Source: Octopus vulgaris (lineage: Eukaryota). Taken from it: a stretch of 64,000 nucleotides of DNA. The first letter of the stretch is position 1. Each line of letters starts with the position of its first letter. The stretch covers positions 106,888,001 through 106,952,000 of the forward strand of contig OX597823.1 of the NCBI GenBank assembly GCA_951406725.2. The letters are read 5' to 3'. A model generated the notes under the pieces. That model made no database searches and was not told the DNA's origin. It was given only the letters and a program-made list of their open reading frames with translations. The position numbers were made by a program, and so were the translations under genes. Below are positions 56,001 to 64,000 of the stretch, one piece after another.

Positions 56001-57439
56001 ATTACAACGAATGGAAAATCTAATATTTATAGATTTCCCAAGAACATTAACGATGTATTTGGAAAAAGAATCGAAACCGTATCGCACATCTACCTAGCTT
56101 CAACAAAAAGCAAAAGAAAAAAAAAAAAACGAAAAAGAAAAGAAAGAAAGAAAATATTGCCATTTTGTCATACGGCGTTCATACACCTGATTTATGTCAA
56201 AGTCGTCTTAGTGTTATGTTTCCTGTTTTGAAACGACACAGAGTTGAGGTTATCTATCGCCGAAGATATTAAGATAATTGTGCAGTGTTCTCTTATGCGC
56301 AACCTGTTAACCATTCCCCTGTCGTTCCTGACAAGGCTATAAAACTCATCTTAGATTAATTTCTTTCAAAAGAAAAAGGGAAACTTCCTACCATTACAGA
56401 TTCATTCTTAAAGAACACAGTTAAAAAAAAAGGACATGTGAGAAAATGGGGAGAGATAAGGAGAAAGTAAAAGCGAAACAATAAGGGAGAACAGAAGGGG
56501 ACAAAACATGGAAAAAAAAGGGTTGAGGAAGACTGGTGCAATGAGGAGAATATTAGGTTTTAGGGAGTGACTGACAGAAAGAGAACGAGGGATACGCACA
56601 CACACATGTCAAAAAGAGACAGAGAGAGAGAGATAGTGAGAGAGAGAGAGATATATATAAAAGATAGAGAAAGCAACAAAGATTAGGAATGTATTTTAGT
56701 GTACATAAATTCTTCAGGGCTTGTGCGCGCCCGTTTGTGTGTGTCTATATGTGTATACAAACGTTTATCTGCATAGCAAGAATTAATGGCGTCAACGAGT
56801 AAACATGGCTCTCAGTACGACACGGATTTGCGACATGGTTATCGCCATTTTTGAGTAAATTTAAAATATGAAGCTATATATACAACTGTATAAACAAGTG
56901 TCTTCTGATAAAAATAATAATTTAACCTACGGTTGTTTTACTCGTTTAGTTACAACAAACAGGTCGAGCAACTTATAATCACTGGAATTCCAACCGTGGA
57001 CAGCCATCTCATCTTTTAAGTGTATTTAGAACTATGTTATATGATGTGCCCTCCCCTCTGTCATTTAAAGGCGAGTCTCACTGTTCTTTCTTGCAATTTG
57101 AAGGTCGGTCTGTGGCCAAATAACCAGATCCAACTGGATGAAAGTCTCGTTTAGAAAGTTTATAAAATTGAGAGTTCCTCTTCCTACTGAATCGAAGTCA
57201 AATGAAAATAGAGAGTTGCAAATAGCCTAATATTTAAGGAGCTAAAACAGTCGTGGAGAATATTTAGCCCAAGTCGACAACAATGATCAAGATTCAAGTC
57301 CTACCAGTTATTCTAATAATAACATTCATATGTTAACATCATTCATATTTTCGTTTCGTGCTGTTAATAAAAAAAAAGTAGTCAGTTTCCCAGTATGGAT
57401 ACAGCCAACAAATGAAACCAGGTAAATAATTCTTAGTAA

Positions 57440-57640
57440 TTTTGATATAAGGTAAATTTTGAGGGGAAAAGATAAGTCAACTACATTAGACACCAGTGCT
57501 GAAGTGGTACTTATTTTATTGATCCCGAAAGGATGAAAGTCAAAGTTGACTCCGGTAGAATTCGAACACAGAACGTAAGCAACCGGAAGAAATGCTGCTA
57601 AACATTTTGATCGACGCGCCAACGATTCTGCCTGGCTACC
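57440..57640 (-). mobile_element. SINE family B, diverged
   Basis: GATCCCGAAAGGATGAAAGTCAAAGTTGAC core. Confidence 0.75.
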
Positions 57641-58356
57641 GCTTTATCCCAGGCAAATTACAAATGACCTTTTATTTCGAAAGAAGGAAGGGATACTGGG
57701 AGCTGGCCACGGATTTAGAAAGACTGTTAATATTTTCACTTATTATAGTCTCGGGCCAACCAAAGCCTTATGGGGAGTGGATTTGAAAGAAGCCCATCGT
57801 ATGTGTATAGATATATATATTTATTTTTATGTATGTGTGTCCCACCACCACTTAACAACCTGTGTTGGTGTGTTTATGTTCCTGTAACTGAGCGGATAGG
57901 CACAAGTACCAATAAAACAAGCACCAGGATTAAAAGATTGCGCTCGATTCGTTCGGCTAAAATTCTTCAAGACCCAACATGGCCTTAAACAAGTAAAAAA
58001 ATAAAAGATAAAAGATATAAAACCAAGCATTTCATTCTATACTGTCTTCGGTACTTTATCAGATATTTCATTAATTTTTAGCCTCCAACCTCATATGAGA
58101 GAGAGAGAGAGAAAGAGGGAGAGGGAGAGAGAATGAAACAGAGAGAGAGAATTGTGAGAGAAAGAGGAGAGGTTGGGGAAAGTAAAAGGTGTGAGTTACA
58201 GACAGATAGGAAGAGAGAGACCTGTATACATATACTAAGACCGAAAAGTGGGGTTATAGAGGTAGGTGAACAAGGGAATAGGAGGGAACCGGAAACACTT
58301 GTAGAGGTAGGTTTTAGTGGTCATCTGTAAGTCTTTACGTCAAAACGCACTGAATG

Positions 58357-58403
<47 letters not shown>

Positions 58404-58440
58404 GTGTGTGAGTGTATATATATATATATGTGTATGTGTA

Positions 58441-58485
<45 letters not shown>

Positions 58486-59503
58486 ACAACAGTCACACAC
58501 ATAGAAAAAAACATATACATGTGCATGTATGTTTATGTAAGTCTGTGTGTGTGTGTGTGTGAACGTTGAGTAGAAGTATGGTAGGGGTAAGTTTAGTGAA
58601 AGAAATGATAACAAAATGTAAGAGATGTAAATACAAGGATAAAAGGCGCCACCTACATGCAATTTGATACTTACGGAAGATAAGAGCTGTCAGAGAGAAA
58701 AGTATGCAAGTTATAGAGGAGGGATTGGATATGTTGACGGAGAGGTAGATGAGTATAGGGGAGACGCAGACACGCACGGGACAGAAGTAGAGAATCCAAA
58801 AATTTAGGGTTCATAGTCCAGATTAATTAGTCTCTGATTAGAGACAAACTTAAAATATGTATAACGATAGATACGGAGGGTGGAGTGGGAAACAAACAGA
58901 AACACACAGAGAGATGCTCTACAAGAAATCCAGATAGCTAGGTCTATGTTCACGTATGTTGTATAGTGAGCAAAAAAAAAACCCACACCAGGAGAAATAA
59001 TCATTAAAGTAACGGTAAATTCTGATCAAAGAAAAGTGGAAACGACCCTGAGACGTTAAATGGAATATGGACAATATAGTGAGAAGTGTATCAGATCACA
59101 ACAATGTGGAGGCAACTCTGGACATGTTTCAGTCTTCTCTAACAGTAGACCTCTTCACCACCATCGGGCATGCATACACACATATATTCTCTACTGCGTG
59201 ATATTTTGGGCAAATTTAATTTTATATATTCTGGATGAGACCCATTTTTAAAAGTGGAACTGACCAGATGGAAACTGTAGAGGAGCCGTCGGCTGGATTA
59301 TAAAAAAGGTAAAGCCTTGTCCCAAACTCTGTTATGTACATTCTGCCTAAGAATTACCATCAGAGTATGTATCTCTGTGAAATGCTAAGTCACTTGCTAG
59401 CTAATTCAGGAGCAGATAATTCAGATGAATGAACATCGGCATTCTCAACTTGGAACGACAGAAATCCACCACGTATGTACATAGGCATACATACTTGTAT
59501 GAA

Positions 59504-59561
<58 letters not shown>

Positions 59562-60370
59562 CGTTTGTGTGTGTGTGTGTGTAGTACGTATGTATGTGTA
59601 TGTGCGTATGTATAATATTCGGTGAGTCGCTACTTGGAATTCTCACTACCATTCCTCATGAACCATCAAGAGAAACTCCGATTAAGGAGTTACCCTTCTT
59701 AGTTTAAGGGTACAATCGCTATCAGTACTGTGTGCGTTCTCCCTTTATTACAATACACAAATGCGTAATCATAAGCATTTACTTTTGCTTTATACGAGTT
59801 TTAGTTTAAAATATTCTGCAAAGTCGACGAAGCACACTAGCTGCTTGGATTTCCGCCCGGCGGGTTTGTCCAAGTGTGATCGGAGTTTATACTGGAAAGC
59901 AAATTGCGCGTAGAAGAACACTTGACCATGGATTGCATTGGTTAGTGTAGTTTAAATTGTACGATTTCAGTGTCATATGTATACATCATTAGCAGATGTA
60001 TATATGACGCATTTTTTTTTACCGTGAATGGAGCATCACACCAGCCAGAATAGTGTGGAAACACAGACTTTAGATAGCATGAGGGTAGGCCTAGGTTTTG
60101 CAGTCACTATCAATCTTTTTCTTGTAAAAGCTGATGACTATGAACTCTACAAAAATCTTTGAGAAACCATTCTGTTTAATGTGGCCTTGTTTTTATGTAT
60201 AACATGATGTAACTTAAACATAAATCTCTCTCTCTATCTTTCTCTCTCATTCACACACACATACACAAATACACACACAGCCAGAAAATGTACAGCAGTC
60301 GATATACAGTTTGCCCAATAGTTATTACGACAGCCGTAGTCAAATATCTGAAACACACACACACATATAT

Positions 60371-60763
60371 AGGAGTGGCTGTGTGGTAAGTAGCTTGCTA
60401 ACCAGCCACATGGTTCTGGGTTCAGTCCCACTGCGTGGCATCTTGGGCAAATGTCTTCTGCTATAGCCCCAGGCCGACCAATGCCTTATGAGTGGATTTG
60501 GTAGACGGAAACTGAAAGAAGCCTGTCGTATATATGTATATATATGTATGTATATGTATATGTTTGTGTGTCAGTGTTTGTCCCTCTAGCATTGCTTGAC
60601 AACCGATGCTGGTGTGTTTACGTCCCCGTCACTTAGCGGTTCGGCAAAAGAGACCGATAGAATAAGTACTGGGCTTACAAAGAATAAGTCCCGGGGTCGA
60701 TTTGTTCGACTAAAGGCGGTGCTCCAGCATGGCCGCAGTCGAATGACTGAAACAAGTAAAAGA

Positions 60764-60765
<2 letters not shown>
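60371..60765 (+). mobile_element. SINE family A
   Basis: AGGAGTGGCTGTGTGGTAAG...GACTGAAACAAGTAAAAGAG. Confidence 0.92.
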
Positions 60766-60858
<93 letters not shown>

Positions 60859-60906
60859 CCAGAATTTAGTACGGTATTATCCATACAATTTCAAAATAAG
60901 GTGATT

Positions 60907-62095
60907 AAAATTAAAATAAGCAACAAGGATACCTAGAGGTAATGCAGCACGATCGTTTCAAGCAACTCGATTTAATTGAACAATGCAATCATTACATCAA
61001 TTTAAATGCAGAGCAATCCTCAACTGCATAAAGACATAGAATTTAATTACAGTAAAACAGATGGACACATTAGTATAATTTTACCTAAAATCTCCAAGAA
61101 GTTCAGCTTAGAAGCTACTAAGGTATCAGGAAAAAGACTCGTTACAGATTTTGCTTGTAACTGTTTTATGGGGGTCAGTTTTAATTTATAGACTAGTTTT
61201 ATCAAATCTATGGCCGAGAGAACAAGGAACATCGTCTGTTAGGAATGGGGCTGAGGGTGTCGACAGAAATCATAGAGAGTATAGTCATAAAAAACTATGA
61301 AGATTTATTAGAAGTAATATCATGAGATTTGGTAAAGGAAAACTTAAATCAAGATGTCAGCTGACAATTAAAGGGGCCGGCCACTAGCAGACTATTGATA
61401 ATGAAACACGGGAAATCTTAACACGTAGATTGCCAAATTGTATAGAGTTAAAGTTTAGGGTTATTCAGAAGATTATTAAAAAGAATATTGTAACAAAAGG
61501 ATGAAAAGTTTTTTTTTAAATACATTTGAGTATATACCTTATACCACAATAGATGGGGGAAAAGAAATTATCTAGAAATAGTTTAATATTTATGCACATT
61601 ATATATTTAAATACTAACGTATCACATGGTTTCTGTGAATATTGATGAATTGGTATATACAGGTATTTAATAAAGGAGTACTAAGGTAAAAGAACATGCC
61701 AACTATATATTAATTTAACTTATAATCTAAGCAGCTTATATAAAGTAGTGAGTATACCAGTATTGTTTTATACAAGCGAGTCTATAAATTAAAACTGATC
61801 CCATAAAACAGTGACAGGCAAAATCTGTAACAAGTCTTTCTTCCTGATACCTTAGTAGCTTCTAAGCTGAAGTGAAGGCAGCATGTTCTTTGCCTATCTC
61901 CTTACCTTCTTGGAGATTTTAGGTAAAATTATACTAATGTGTCCATCTGTTTTAATTTAATTAAATTCTATGTCTTTATGCAGCTGAGGATTGCTCTGCA
62001 TTTAAATTGATGTAATAATTGCATTATTCAATTAAATCGAGCTGCTTGAAACGGTCATACTGCATTATCTTTGGATGTCCTTGTTGCTTATTTTG

Positions 62096-62100
<5 letters not shown>
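60907..62100. mobile_element. Inverted repeat (arms ~60907-61194 and ~61779-62100), each arm with a degenerate hammerhead; Penelope-like inverted pseudo-LTR arrangement
   Basis: Arms are reverse complements (right arm has a ~34-nt extra segment); two-arm consensus ATGCAG-CTGAGGA...GAAA-CGATCG-TA-CTGCAT. Confidence 0.7.
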
Positions 62101-62166
<66 letters not shown>

Positions 62167-62628
62167 CAATGTACATTGAAACACATAAGGAATCCAATCG
62201 TGGGATTCAACACGCTAGAAAGAACAGCTAGGTTCTATAACCACAAAATTAGGGATAAAATTCAACAGGAACGAAATGAAAAAATAAAAACATTTTACCA
62301 TCTAGTTTCCTGGACCAATTGGTTTCTGATTTTAGTTTAGCAAGCAAATACCATTTACCCGCTAGGTGAAATATTTCTCAACAGGTACACCTTAGATTAA
62401 ATATAAAAACACGAGGTGATCAACTATGTACCTCTTGTTTATACATCCTAATTTTTTCGAAATCTACGGATTCCTTATTTGTTTAGATGTACACTGTATT
62501 TTATAACTAGTACATAGTCTCTGGACTAAATTTTTACACGTTAGGCCACTTGAAATGGTAATTTCTATAAATTTCCATTTCCCTTTGATATGATTAAGTA
62601 TATATATATATATATCACTTATATCTCA

Positions 62629-62699
62629 CGTATTAATCGCTGAAGAGGGGAAAATTCTTATGAATTAACCCCGAAATTGGGACCAATACGGTAATAACG
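62629..62699 (+). ncRNA. Type I hammerhead ribozyme, copy 1
   Basis: CTGAAGA at 62640; stem II GGGG-AA-AATTC[TTAT]GAATT-AA-CCCC; GAAA; stem III TTGG[GA]CCAA; AUA triplet, predicted cut after 62688; stem I ATCG/CGGT. Confidence 0.8.
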
Positions 62700-63084
62700 G
62701 ATTTTTTAGAAATTTCTATCAGTTTATTTCGAGACGCATGAATTATAATGGTTATTGACAATTTTTGTCTTTTTTTCGGCATATTTGGCATTAGAATTTT
62801 TCTTGTAAATTATTTATAAATTTATCCTTTAAAGGTATTTTTTGATATGCTGGGCATTGATAAAAAATTTTTCCCGAAAAAAATTTTATCCTACATTAGT
62901 TATAAATTGAATAGTGTTCACTTCCGGATTCTCTCACTCTGTGAAAGTTTCTAGTTCGAATCATACGTGTCTCGAGATGTGCCGAAGATTTTCTATTTTG
63001 GATATATTTGGGGTACTTAGGTCTGCTCGGGACTTAGTGCTTGCTTTTTCCATGGGTATGAGTAAGTATTTCACTTATATCTCA

Positions 63085-63155
63085 CGTATTTATCGCTGAA
63101 GAGGGGACAATTCTTATGAATTAACCCCGAAATTGGGACCAATACGGTAATAACG
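63085..63155 (+). ncRNA. Type I hammerhead ribozyme, copy 2
   Basis: CTGAAGA at 63096; same stems; stem I TTATCG/CGGTAA, 2x2 internal loop, then CGT/ACG; predicted cut after 63144. Confidence 0.85.
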
Positions 63156-63279
63156 GATTGTTTAGAAATTTCTATCGGTTTGTTTCGAGACGCATAAATT
63201 ATAATGGTTATTAACAATTTTTGTCTTTTTTTCAGCATATTTGGCATTAGAATTTTTCTTTTGCCCTTATCTTGTAAAT

Positions 63280-63327
<48 letters not shown>

Positions 63328-63330
<3 letters not shown>

Positions 63331-63640
63331 CGGGAAGCTTTATGAAAATAAACAAAAGACGAAGGCAGGTGGAAAACAAACGAACAATTGTATTAGTATG
63401 GCGCTCAGGAAATATAAATAAAACAAGTCTTTAACGTTTCGAGCCTACGCTCTTCAACAGAAAGATACACAGAGAGAGAAAAACACAGAAAGAAGGAGAG
63501 AAAAAAATGCGTGCAGTAGCTAACGAATCAACATGGCGATCTGATTTCGGCCAGAGGTCAAAGATCAAACATGAGACGCGAGAGCGAAATAAGGGGAGAT
63601 AATAGGGTTGATAAAAGGGTTGAGGGACCAGCTAAAAGTG
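63328..63640 (-). mobile_element. Penelope-like element pseudo-LTR fragment
   Basis: Contains the minimal hammerhead, is pyrimidine-rich on the minus strand and is bounded by (TA)n; no RT or GIY-YIG ORF seen. Confidence 0.6.
63428..63465 (-). ncRNA. Minimal type I hammerhead motif of Penelope-like pseudo-LTR type, core variant CUGUUGA
   Basis: Minus strand TCTTT-CTGTTGA-A-GAGC[GTAG]GCTC-GAAA-CG-TT-AAAGA; palindromic AACGTT stem III. Confidence 0.7.
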
Positions 63641-64000
63641 CGTGGGAGATATAAACATATATATATATATATAAACATATACATATATATGTGTAGGTGT
63701 TTGCGCGCGCGCGAATGTGTTATGCTGATAAACATATGTATCATATATACGAATATAATATTCATACAAAAGTGCACCTAATTAGTATTGAAATTAAATA
63801 AGAAGCAAGGTATACAATGTTGAAAAGTAGTCTACCCCAATTATGTAGTATTTCCACCATTGTCGTCGTTGCCATTGGAGACGTTCTTCACGTAACTGTT
63901 GCTCTTGTTTGTATTGTTTTTTTTACTTCTGTTTGTTAATATTTATTCTTATAAATTCTTGAAGCTAAGAATAACACCGAGAAAATTAACAATTAAGAGA

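Larger units (their letters stand above)
62578..63282 (+). repeat. Direct repeats (~62578-62810 and ~63045-63282), period 456 nt, each carrying a hammerhead
   Basis: TCACTTATATCTCACGTATT...GCATATTTGGCATTAGAATTTTTCTT occurs twice. Confidence 0.92.

Noticed and set aside
61872-61905. Extra 34 nt in the right arm as a lost intron
   Set aside because: Boundaries do not give a GT-AG intron that reproduces the left arm, and it is too short

Overview
AT-rich, microsatellite- and retroposon-dense animal DNA. The SINE families and repeat landscape resemble an Octopus (coleoid cephalopod) genome; this is inference from recall, not a database result. I can support no intact host protein-coding gene, and nearly all ORFs in the track are translated simple repeats. 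Content: (i) a nest of R4/Dong-type RLE retrotransposon pieces in (TAA)n arrays at 5.4-12.3 kb, including a ~2.36-kb tandem duplication carrying an internally deleted element; (ii) a ~1.5-kb (TTGG)n satellite; (iii) many copies of two tRNA-type SINE families, one forming head-(body)n arrays; (iv) decayed Tc1/mariner, maT-like and hAT elements; (v) a young Tx1/L1-type 3' fragment embedded in (GATA)n; (vi) a CpG-rich, CRE-containing putative promoter/first exon at ~50.0-50.3 kb; (vii) several long inverted repeats. The most striking signal is a cluster of type I hammerhead ribozyme motifs at 60.9-63.5 kb, plus one at 40.1 kb. Two near-canonical copies lie 456 nt apart in direct repeats, a retrozyme/Penelope pseudo-LTR-like unit that could release and circularise a 456-nt RNA. 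Boundaries were read by eye and are approximate to tens of bases unless stated exactly.
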